In this document: piece by piece, positions 51,680 to 62,246 of the stretch
Layout: each line of letters starts with the position of its first letter
Position numbering within the stretch: the first letter of the stretch is position 1
Assembly: GCA_034780895.1 (NCBI GenBank)
Contig: JAUZTB010000069.1
Location: forward strand, 5,763,870 to 5,827,869
From: Rhynchobatus australiae
Lineage: Eukaryota
Reading direction: 5' to 3'
DNA length: 64,000 bases
Position numbers and translations under genes: made by a program
Notes under the pieces: generated by a model
The model's database searches: none
What the model was told of the DNA's origin: nothing
The model's input: the letters and a program-made list of their open reading frames with translations, nothing else

Positions 51680-52902
51680 GAGACGTAAGAGACTGCAGAT
51701 GCTGGAATCTGGAGCAACACACAAACCTTTCAACATTTCGAATGGTGAGTCTAGTGGGTGGGTGAGTCACGAGTGGGTGAGTCCAGGACTAGGGGGCATA
51801 GTCTTAGAATTAGAGGGTACCCATTTAGGACAGAAATGAGAAGAAATTTCTTTAGCCAGAGGGTCATGGATTTATGGAATTTGTTGCCATGTACAGCTGT
51901 GGAGGCCCGATCATTGGGGATGTTTGAGGAGGAGATTGATAGGCATCTAATTAGTCAGGGTATCAAGGGATTATGGGGAGAAGGCCGGGAATTGGGGTTA
52001 GATGGAAATAGTTTAGCTCATGGTGAGGTAGCGGAGCAGACTCGATGGGCTGAATGGCCTACTTCTGCTCCTTTATCTTGTGACCATTGGAGGAACTCGA
52101 GAGGTCAGGCAGCATCTGTCGAGGGAAATGGACAGTGGACATTTCAGGTTGAGACCCTTCACCTGGACTGAAGGAGGGGAGACAGCCAGTGTCATAAGGT
52201 GATGGGGAGGTGTGGAGCAAGAGCTGGCAGCTTATAGGTGGATCCAGGTGAGGAGAGGTGATAGGCAGGTGGAGGAGGGGGAAGTGGAAATAGTGACAGA
52301 GGCTGGGAGATGGTAGGTGGAGGTGACAAAGGGCTGCAGATGGTGGGATCTGATAGAGGAAGGTGGAGCATGGAATCAAATTAGGGAGGTGGGGTGGGCA
52401 GATGGGAACAGTGGGGGGAGGGGACGACGTGATAGGCAGATGGAGTGGGTGGAGGAACAAGGTAATTGGTTGGGGAGGGTGTAGGAAGAACAGCACATTT
52501 TGACTCTGCTTCCGCACTGACCCCTCTGTCCACGGTCTCTTCAGTTGCTACAGACAGGCCAATCGCAAATTGGAAGAGCAACATTTCATATTCTGCTTGG
52601 GTAACTTGCAATGGTATGAACATTGATTTTTTTTTTCATACTACAGGTAGCCCACATGCCTGATGTTCTTCTCCCACACCCACTCGCCCATCCACCTAGT
52701 TTCTTCCCTTTATTCACCTTTTCCATCCCATCCCCTCCCCTCCCCCTTCCCTGCCTGGTTCCATCTGCCTATCATCCCCTCTTCATCTGGTTCCACCTAT
52801 CACCTACCAACCCCTGTCCCAATCCTCTCTACATGCTATACACTGGCAATCTTTTCATTTCCCCGTCAGTCCTGATTCAGGGACTCGGCCTGAAACATTG
52901 AC
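51680..52902. mobile_element. Composite Penelope-like element: minus pLTR (51680-51725 and 52086-~52490) joined to a plus GIY-YIG remnant + pLTR (~52495-52902)
   Basis: Plus strand SVHGLFSCYRQANRKLEEQHFIFCLGNLQ / GMNIDF at ~52525-52630. Hammerhead-like motifs at 52133-52170 (minus) and 52867-52902 (plus). Confidence 0.85.
51726..52085 (+). mobile_element. Young CR1 3' end inserted into a Penelope-like repeat
   Basis: VGESRTRGHSLRIRGYPFRTEMRRNFFSQRVMDLWNLLP...; it splits ggagcaacacacaaa from tggaggaactcg. Confidence 0.9.
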
Positions 52903-52909
52903 GTACACA

Positions 52910-53170
52910 AAATGTAGAGGGAATGCTATCTGAGGTATCTTTCAGATGATACGTTCAACTCCTATATTTCCCCTTAATAGTATATACAGGATCTTGCAGA
53001 ATTCTTTATATAACAGCTGCGGATATCTCTCCTCTGTGTCCTGACCAATGTCACCAAAAACAAGCAGATTATCTGGTGGTCATCTCATTGCTGTTTCTGC
53101 AACCTTGCTGTGTCAAAGTTGCATTTTCTTTCAATTTTAAATTAAAAGTAATTCATTGGCTGTAACATGC
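52910..53170 (+). mobile_element. DeuSINE (SacSINE1-like)
   Basis: gagggaatgct...tctttcagatga...gtgtcctgaccaat...cagattatctgg...cattgctgttt...aaaagtaattcattggctgtaa. Confidence 0.65.
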
Positions 53171-55266
53171 TTTTTCCTTCCCTTATGTTTAATTCAAACA
53201 TAATATAATTTGTGGAAAGGGAACGGAGTTCAGTATAAATTCAGTATAATGCAACCCTATATTTAATTCTTCCCACCCCCATATGACCTAGTTGCTATAA
53301 GATTCCTGAAAAGTAGCCTGGAGGAATGCATCAGATGACAGGTTTATTTTTCTCTAAAGATGCTACTTACCTGTCACCCAGTAACACTCCATAGGGAAAA
53401 TCATAGGCATTTCTTGCCACTTGTGGCGTACTGGATTTGAACATTGACATGTCCTGCAGCTATACCACTATAGTACTTGAAAATGAAAGAAAGCTGTACA
53501 CAAAATTCTAAATCATCAACATTGCTACCAATAACACATTTCACTGTAAACTTTTTATTACTGTTGACAAACATGAAACTTCTTAAAAAAATGCATTATA
53601 TTAAAATACAACTGTCATTTGCTGGATCCCAGCAGTGTGATTGACCTTGGTTCTTTCTCATTTGCATCCAGCATTTTTCATGCTTTTAGATTATGTGGTT
53701 TGGGATGCTTGTATCATTAACTGAATTTGCAGCAATTTCCTTATGTNNNNNNCTAAGGGATAGCATTATGAGATGCACATTAAATCTCCATTAATACCTC
53801 ATTATCCCAGTGATAAGATTACCATGATAATGAGGCATAAATTCTAATTGTTTCAGATCTTGTTGTGCCTCTCATTTAATCATATACCTGTATTTGTCTT
53901 CAGTAAGCTTTAAATTGGGACTGTTTCTGGTGACCTGAAAATATTGCTCAAGATGTTGAAAGCAGATCTTTTAATCACATTGCAAGAGTAAATATTGTTT
54001 TAAAAGCTGTTGCTTGTGCTTTTGATGATTCAAGATGCAAACAAAATTCTGCATTAGCTTAGATTTGCCCTATTAAAATCCAACATCCAAGAAAGCTTCA
54101 AAATAAAATAGTCTTAAGCACCCATGAATTTAATCAGGAGACTAAACCAACTAGCATTGTCTGTGGTTTGGCTCTCATTGCAAATTAAATTAGACAAACT
54201 TTTCCCCAACATTTTTCATTTTTGCTAATTTAAATACCTGTACTTTCTTACTAAATATTTAACTTGATATTCAAGATGCTCATTTCATAATTCAACTTTG
54301 TTTATACACATGAAAATGAATTGTTCACAGTTGTTACTTTTCAGCGGATGGTATATTTATATTTTCTAATATGGTGCATATGTGAATATTTGTTTTTAAC
54401 TTCATTGAATTTGATTATATCTTTAAAGATGACATTACAGTATCTTATCATTGGTTCAGTTACAAAGGGCTTTGATGTAAGGGCTGAGATTGGTGCGAGA
54501 AGTTTAATTTTGTCTACTTGCATTGTGGCCACTGACTTGTGTAAGACATGGTTTTGCCCTGTATGTTTTTGGTGCTTTTCTGCTGTTCATTTATCTTAGT
54601 GTACAAGTGAAACAATAATATTAAAGTTATTCTGAGTCGCTCTCATTCAGGAATAGCTGAATCTTAGTGTTCGTTTGTTGAAATCATCCATGCCCTCTGA
54701 TTTCTTCATTTTTATGAAAAAGAAAATTGTACTGTTTTTTTTAAAGAATCTGACATCTTGTTTGTTCATTTTTTTTTAACTACTTCTGAGTTGTTTAGCT
54801 TTGTCCTATCTCACTGCTGGTTAATAAATAATGACCTGTTTCTCTTTCACTGAATTATTTCTGTAAAACAAAAATGACCCGATTACAAAACATCCCTTAA
54901 TTCATTTCCAGGCTGTTGAGTATGGGTACTGTTTTTAACTTAGAATGGGTCCTTGTGATGGTCAACAAGGTTTATGCAGCAGTTGTCTGTAGTCTAAACA
55001 AAAAATGCTTCAGATTTCTAAATTAGATGTAATATGTTGATGATTGCTAATGTTGTTAATTATACTTAAAGATGTTACATACTTTTTCTAGAGATTGCAA
55101 TGCTGCAGTTTTATAGAGGACTTTAGAAGCCCAATAAAATTGCTTCTGAAGCTTTCTAATTCAATATTTCCTTTTTCTTAAAGATGATTCAACACTGCTT
55201 CAATGTATTATTTTAAGTAAAAATGCTTGAATGGTACAAGCTAATAAATATTTAATTTTAAACTAG

Positions 55267-55407
55267 GTGCAGCAGCAGAGAGTATGCTGGGTAGTTTGCT
55301 GGGACTACCAGGTTCAAGTTCAGTGCTACTAGATCCCTGCACTGGGTCAACAATCTCTGAGACGACCAGTGAGGCCTGGAGTGTGGAAGTTCTACCAAGT
55401 GACTCGG
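55267..55407 (+). CDS. GAPVD1: GAPVD1 coding exon
   Basis: (G)AAAESMLGSLLGLPGSSSVLLDPCTGSTISETTSEAWSVEVLPSDS; aactag| and G|gtgcgt; 141 nt, phase 1-1. Confidence 0.96.
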
Positions 55408-55856
55408 GTGCGTATGTCATGCTGATGAAATTTATTTTTCGGACATTACTAAAAGTACTTCAAAACATTCATCTAATAAATATTTTCCTTAAAAGAAAGT
55501 AGTCATGAAGTTAGTAATGCAGTCCAGTTGCCATTTAAGAATTAGTCTTTATTCATAGTCTTTTGATTTGGGAATCTAATTATTTATTTTTGCTTTTGAA
55601 TTGACTGTTCCTTTGAGTTTGTGGGGACGCGCCCTTGTTTGAGTTGAGTTTTATGTTCTTTCGATGTTGAAACCCCCTGAAGTTGGGTGTACCATGTACA
55701 AAGCTGACGATGTGGGAGTATGTAAGCATCCCATAGAATTTTGAACCAAGTTGTTGTATAATAAAATTGGTGTGAATACAAGGTGGCTGTTTGCTGTTGG
55801 TTAATCTAAATTCATTTGGCTTCAGTACACTACATTGTGAGGGAAACAGATCTGGC

Positions 55857-56625
55857 ACATTTATAACCACAGATGTTCATGTCTAAAAGGTGCCAGAGCA
55901 GATGCTTGTGCTGTTTTTATCCAGGTGTTGATAGGTCAAGGAGGGGTAGGGAGGGAAGAAATAGTGTATTTGGAAAATAGAATGCAAATTTAAAATTATG
56001 TGTACGATTATGATAGTAATTATGAGCCTTAAAGGTCAGAGTAATGAACACAAGCACTTGAAGCATGGTATGTGTAATATGGGAACATATACAGCACTTG
56101 GAGTCAGTTATTTGCAGTTAATATCTCTTGACCTTTTCTCTAGATACTTAAAGTTTCACAATAGTTGAACATAAACAACAGAGGAACAGAAGTAGGCTAT
56201 GCAACCAGTGGAGCATATTCTGCCATTCAGTAGGGCTTTGAGTGCAGATTGCTTTCCTGCCTCCTCATCATCGATTCCTTTATAGTGCAGCAATCTATCA
56301 ATTTCAACTTTGAATATATTAAATGATTCAACCTTCACAGCTGTCTGGGGTAGGAAATTTCATGATCCTTTGAAAGAATAAGTTTCTTTTCATCTTCGTC
56401 CTGATGAGTACATTTCTAACCACACATATTCATGTCCAAAAGTGCCAGAGCAGGTGCATGTGCTGTTGTCATCCAGTTGTTGATAGATAAGGGGGGGGGG
56501 GGGGGGTACCAAACCGTATTTGGAAAAAAGAATACAAAATAATNNNNNNNNNNCCCCCCCCCCAAGACACAGTATTGGGAATATAGAATGCAAAATAATT
56601 ATGAGAGGAAGTGTGAGCCTAAAGG
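55857..56625 (+). repeat. Local direct duplication (~170 bp): 55857-~56036 and 56410-~56625
   Basis: acatttataaccacagatgttcatgtctaaaaggtgccagagcagatgcttgtgctgtt... versus acatttctaaccacacatattcatgtccaaaagtgccagagcaggtgcatgtgctgtt... Confidence 0.8.
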
Positions 56626-57020
56626 TGCCATTTGGTCAGGAATCAGCTATTTATTCTGAAACTTTGGTTCCAGATTTCAACTCAAAGGGAAATATCCTTT
56701 TAGCATTCACCTGTCTAAGCTTTTTAGAATCTGTTGGTTCAAAAGATTACCTTTCATTCTAAACTGCAGCATCTTGTCCAAACACTCAGCATTCCTCATA
56801 AGATCATTCCTTCATCCCAGGAAACAACTTGCTGAGCACCAGTGTACTCCATCATTCCCGCAGCAAAGCTCAACATTCTTTTTGTCCTCCTAACTACTTG
56901 TCCCAGCATTATAACTTTGTCATGTACAAGGATATCCAGATCCTTGTATATAACAGTATTCTGTAATTTGTTTAAGTTTCAATAATATTCAAATTTTTTT
57001 CTTCCCGTCAAAGTGTCTGC
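56170..57020 (-). mobile_element. Degenerate CR1 fragment interrupted by the duplicated segment
   Basis: Minus ORF VESFNIFKVEIDRLLHYKGI; CR1-like sequence resumes after ~56630. Confidence 0.6.
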
Positions 57021-57160
57021 ATATCTTCATCTTGGTGGACTGGGGGAAGAGATGAAGTTAAACTATTTTCCTTTTTTAATTGCTCAGTTATAGAGTCTTA
57101 AAATCTATTTGAGAAATGATATCGTAGTTAATATAGAAATACTCTTGAACTATTTTTCAG

Positions 57161-57295
57161 AAGCTACAGATCTGAAGCAGGAGGAACGACTGCAGGAGCT
57201 GGAAAGTTGCTCTGGACTTGGCAGCACATCTGATGATACAGATGTGAGAGAAGTGAGCTCAAGGCCCAGTACTCCTGGACTCAGTGTTGTATCAG
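57161..57295 (+). CDS. GAPVD1: GAPVD1 coding exon
   Basis: (E)ATDLKQEERLQELESCSGLGSTSDDTDVREVSSRPSTPGLSVVS; tttcag| and G|gtacgg; 135 nt, phase 1-1. Confidence 0.96.
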
Positions 57296-57484
57296 GTACG
57301 GGATAGTAGCACATTTTGTGATCACTTGTTTTCAGTATATGAGTAAATATCATGCAGAAGTTTGAAATGGTCCCTCCTGATAAAGTGTTGCAGTTTCTAC
57401 CAAAACATTTTCCTCATTGAAGTCTAATCACGATACTTAGATTTAAGAATTAATACCTTTTAGGCTTTTTACACTATTTTACAG

Positions 57485-57604
57485 GCATCAGTGTTACCTC
57501 AGAAGACATACCCAACAAGGTTGAGGATATACGATCAGAATGCAGCTCTGATTTTGGAGGAAAGGATTCTGTAACAAGTCCTGATGTGGAGGAAATTGTG
57601 CAAG
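57485..57604 (+). CDS. GAPVD1: GAPVD1 coding exon
   Basis: (G)ISVTSEDIPNKVEDIRSECSSDFGGKDSVTSPDVEEIVQ; ttacag| and G|gtaagt; 120 nt, phase 1-1. Confidence 0.96.
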
Positions 57605-58175
57605 GTAAGTAATGGTGTTTTAACTAAGCCAACGCAGAAGTATTTGAAATAATAGAAATCAGGCTTTTTATAGTGCAAAAGTAAAATACTGGGTTTAATT
57701 TCCAATGCATCCAGATTTTAAACAGACTTTTATTTCAATGTATTCTTCCTGCTGACTCTCCCATCTAGTTGAGGCAAGTTCTGTTTGGTTAGGTGTTCCT
57801 GAGTTGTGCTCCTTGGAATTGAGTTCCCATTTGTTAATTTGGAGTACTAGCACTGGTATTTCAGGGATTGTAAGCTTTGAGTATTGAAATATGCACATGC
57901 TGGTGCTGCACCACACCATAACCAGACCAGAATTTGGTGTTGCAGTTAAAATTCTTATTTGAATGTCCACAAACAAAGCTCATTTATATCTGCAGTTTGT
58001 TCTGTAATTGACCTAAGATAAGATGAGGTCAGTTCAACAGTAAGATGAGATTTCTTTATTAGTCACATGTACACCGAGAAACAGTGAAAAGACCTAATTC
58101 ATTATGCTTCTAAATGTGTAACCTATCCAATTTGTGCAAGTTTGACTGCATATTTTTTCCATTGTGTGTTTACAG

Positions 58176-58250
58176 GTGGACATCAGATGACTTCTTCACT
58201 TTCCCAGACAGACGCATTACTTGCAATGTTTGATCCGCTGTCTTCAGATG
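58176..58250 (+). CDS. GAPVD1: GAPVD1 coding exon
   Basis: (G)GHQMTSSLSQTDALLAMFDPLSSD; ttacag| and G|gtaggt; 75 nt, phase 1-1. Confidence 0.93.
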
Positions 58251-59230
58251 GTAGGTTAAAACTTGCTAAAGCCCACCTTTTGTGGTTTAGGACTAACAGC
58301 AGTGACTTCCAGAAAGGAACAGGGTTAACTTGCAACAAGATGCACCTGTTTATAAGTTGAGGGTTTTATTGTTGCGTTTTCCTTTCTCTTCATTGTTCTT
58401 TCTCTCCAGAATTCCCACAATATAATAATTCCATTGAGGTCAAATTGAGAAGAGAGAGTATTATGAAGTATTTGAGGAAGTGAAGTTGTCATTTATTATG
58501 TTTTGCTTTTCTCCATTTGGATATCCTTGCACCATTTTTCCTCTTGAACTTCCCCAATACTTCCTATGACAGCTGAAGGTGTAGTTCAAATGCCCCTAGT
58601 GGATTTCCTAATTCATTTTATTTCCTGCCTCATGGGAATCACTTTGTTTTCACTTGATGCCTTTCTTAATTACTTAATTGAAATTGACAACTTGTGATGT
58701 GGAGAATCTGAGCTCCCCAAGGTGCTGCTATTACTTGGCCTATCTACAAATAACAAAGTTGCCTGAATTAGATTACAGTATAGTTAGACTAAAAGTCAGG
58801 GAATAAAGATGGAGTTATTTTGTTCGGTGGATAGGAACGTAGAAGACTGGAAGAGAATATTGTAGTCCATCTAGTTATGTTCTTTGTGTCTCACACTTGT
58901 CATTTTCGAAACTATTTAGCTTCCTTCTGAAATTACTGACATAATTTACCTAAAGTGCCGCGAGTGCAGTTCATTCTGTGCAATAACTATGTTCTTTGTA
59001 AAGAAATTCATAGTGAATTTTTTGTATTCCTTTTGTAGTGTTTGATTGACATAAACATATACTAAATTTCAATGTGTTCACACTATGATGGATCAGAATT
59101 AAGATCTCAAATTCAAACATCCTTAATTTCTGTGATCTATCCTTTTAGTTGAAATGCTTAAACTTGGGTATCAGATCAGTTATTTGGTGTGTCTTCTCCA
59201 AAATCAGAACTTCCCATAATACATTGACCA

Positions 59231-59640
59231 AGAATCAGAATCTGGTTAATGAAAATGCGGTTTATTATCACTGACTTGTATGTTGTGAAATTTGTTGTTT
59301 TGTGGCAGCAGTACAGTGCAAGAGATAAAAATTACTGTAAGTTACAAAACTAAATAGTGCTAAAGAGAAATAACAAGGTAATATTCATGAGTTCATGGAC
59401 CGTTCAGAAGTCTGATGGCGGAGGGGAAGAAGTTGTTCCTGAATTGTTGAGTGTGGGTCTTCGGGCTCCTGTACCTCCCTGGTGGTAGTAATGAGAAAAG
59501 GGCATGTCCCGGATGGTGAGGATTCTTAATGATGGATGCTGCCGCCTTGAGGCACTGCCTCTTGAAGATGTCCTCAATGGTGGGATAGGGTTGTGCCCAT
59601 GATGGAGCTGGCTGAGCCCACAACTCTTTGCAGTCTCTTT
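59231..59640 (-). mobile_element. Rex1/Babar-like LINE 3' end
   Basis: Minus ORF PTIEDIFKRQCLKAAASIIKNPHHPGHALFSLLPPGRYRSPKTHTQQFRNNFFPSAIRLLN is the typical Rex1-clade C-terminus; (gattct)n tail. Confidence 0.8.
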
Positions 59641-59723
59641 TAGATGCAGTTGTTTTCTCAGGGCTTTGGCTTTTACCTCCTGTCTTTACTGCAGGTGTCA
59701 CTGGCAAGGCCAACGCTTGTTAT

Positions 59724-59880
59724 GTCCATGAACCCAGGAACACTACCTCATTATTTCTCTTTTGCACTATTTATTTATTTTTGTAACTTATAGCAACTTT
59801 TACGTCTTATTATACTTGCACTGTACTGCTGCTGCAAAACAACATGCTTCACGAAATGTGTGATAATAAATCTGATTCTG
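59724..59880 (+). mobile_element. Second Rex1/Babar-like 3'UTR, inverted relative to 59231-59400
   Basis: gtccatgaac...ttgcactgtactgctgctgcaaaacaac...tgataataaatctgattctg. Confidence 0.75.
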
Positions 59881-60559
59881 AAAAATTTAAATTCCAGATT
59901 AATTAGTTATCTCAATTTTAATTTCCTTGTTAGAGTGATAGGATTTGAATTTGTACCTCCAGATTGTTAACCTAGGCCTCTGGGTTACCAATTGGCAAAG
60001 ACCGTGTCACAGTGTACTGATGGTTTCAACACTAGTTATCTCCCTCCATGTGGGATAGCCACTGCAAGCATTGTACTTCTGGGAACCTTAGCCTCAAGCA
60101 TTGCCGCAATATAGTGATTCTAGTATTATGGATGATGGAAATAAAGGCTTGTAAAGGAGTATGATGGAAGAAGAATAGACATTGGAGGACATTTGGGGCT
60201 CTTTTCAATCTCCACCTTGTTTCAAAACACATAAGTATCAGATAATTGTTGCTTGTCTATATTTCTGCGCTTGTTCTCCTTTTAAAAATCTATTTTTTTT
60301 TGCTGCAAATCCGTTGCCTTGTTCTCTGTGAATCCCTCCCATTCAGTTTTGTGTGAACAAATTTTAAGAAGTCATTTGAACTTCCGAATGATTTATCTGT
60401 ATTGTAAATGGGTTTTTGTTTTACACAGATGGTTGCTTTGATCATGATCTTACGACTAATTAAATTTATGCTTCTAGATATTTCATAGAATACTGCAGAC
60501 TATATAAAGCTTCCTTTCTGCTATGATACCAAGCAAGCTTCAAGTAGTGAAAACATTAG

Positions 60560-61660
60560 GTTTAGCTCCATCTTTACAAGCAGTAAGCTCAGAAAAAGGG
60601 TATTGAACTTCTCGTGACAGGTGTGGCTTATCCAACGAGATTAGGTAAATCAAAAGAAAATAAATGGTATTAATGGAGCAGGTTTATGTGGGTGGAGTTG
60701 TTGATGCATAGAAGAATTTTGGAAATGCATTTTATTATACCACATAAACATTGTAAGTAATTGCAATATGTATAGGGTTATAAAGGAAGAAGGCTGTGGT
60801 GCGAGGTTGTTTTTTCACTGGAGTGATTATGCAGTGACANNNNNNNNNNNNNNNNNNNNNNNGCACCACTCACTGTTGTACACAGGTCACAATTAGAACA
60901 TTTGTAGGTAACACAAACTCAACTGTAGAAAATAATGAGGAGAAAAGTAATAGATTTTGGAAGGACTAGGATGGGTGAAATGGGCAGATGCACAGCAAAT
61001 AAAATTTAACCAAAATGTGAATTAATCCATTTTGGTTGACAGAACGGGGAGAGGTAATGCAAACTGAACAATATGCTTTTAAAGGGAACAGGTCTGGGGA
61101 GAGCTGATGCCATTAAATACTTAGTGTAAGATGTTTTTGTCTGTATAACTAAATGCATGGAATACAAAAATAAGGAAATGGCATAAAACCTTTAAATGTT
61201 TACATGCCTAAACTGGAGTATTCTGGCCTATTGTCATCTGGCAGGGTTTCAGGATCTTGGAAAGGGTACGGTGGTGGTTTGATAGAACATGGGATGAAGG
61301 AAGTTGAATGGAGAGATTTGGGAAATGGGTTTTATCATTTGTGTAAAGTGGATTAAAGGAAGGTTTGATCGAACTGGTCTTAATATTTGCAAGTTTTTGA
61401 CAATTTTTTTTTCTGTAGCTCATGGGTCTGGAGCTGGAAGGGAAAGATTTATGGCAATTTGCAAATTAAAAGCAAGACAACAGCAATTTACTTTGTATAG
61501 CAAATTGTAATGCGCATGGTACTGCCTGAAAGTGTGTTGGCATTAGATTTATTAAAAATTTTCACAAGGTAGTTGGACAAATCCTTGAAGATTAAACATT
61601 TCATTGGGCCATAGAACAGGAGACTAGAACTGATTGGATAGCTCAGTTTTCTGGGATTCC
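60560..61660 (+). mobile_element. Highly degenerate CR1 LINE
   Basis: aaatgggcagatgcacagcaaataaaatttaa...aaatgtgaattaatccattttggt (W.M.FN..KC..IHFG); cctaaactggagtattctg. Confidence 0.55.
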
Positions 61661-61890
61661 ATGAAGCACACCTTCCAAAAAAAAGCCAGGAAATGCACTG
61701 TTATGGATTTGGAGGTTTTGAAAAGTTTCTCTCTGCATCTCAGCAAGGATTATCAACATTTGTACATTCTGATATTATGAATGGTGGATCTGATTCTTCC
61801 AGTTACTCTTGATATCTTGTCAGAGGTAATCTGCACAGATGTGTCTGCGTGCCATAATCCATGTTTTTCATTCATTCCCAATGTTCACAG

Positions 61891-62246
61891 CTTCAACCAT
61901 ACCATCAATAGTCAGGCCTAAAGTGCACTATGCAAGACCATCACACCCACCACCGGATCCTCCGATATTAGAAGGTGCTATAGGGGGCAATGATGCCCGA
62001 TTGCCACCGTTTGGGTCACACATTTGCTGCCAAACTGAAGCCGAGCTGCTTAAACAGCGCCATTCCTTTCCAGAAAGGCTAGTACGCAGCAGGAGCTCTG
62101 ATGTTGTTTTGGCATCTCGAAGACCAATGAGTGATCCTGGGTGGAGTATTCCAGGTAGCAGAAGGGCAGCAAATGAAGAGCTATTTGCATCAGGGGCAGC
62201 GACTGGAATCTGTGGGCCAACTTCATCTCCAAGCAAAGACTCCCTG
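61891..62246 (+). CDS. GAPVD1: GAPVD1 coding exon
   Basis: (A)STIPSIVRPKVHYARPSHPPPDPPILEGAIGGNDARLP...KQRHSFPERLVRSRSSD...SPSKDSL; tcacag| and CTG|gtaagg; 356 nt, phase 1-0. Confidence 0.95.

Noticed and set aside
58591-58603. Second CTCF-like motif (minus TCCACTAGGGGCA)
   Set aside because: One base short in the core G-run, so spacing to the GC is wrong.
61928-62236. Antisense 102-aa ORF
   Set aside because: Shadow of the GAPVD1 exon on the opposite strand.
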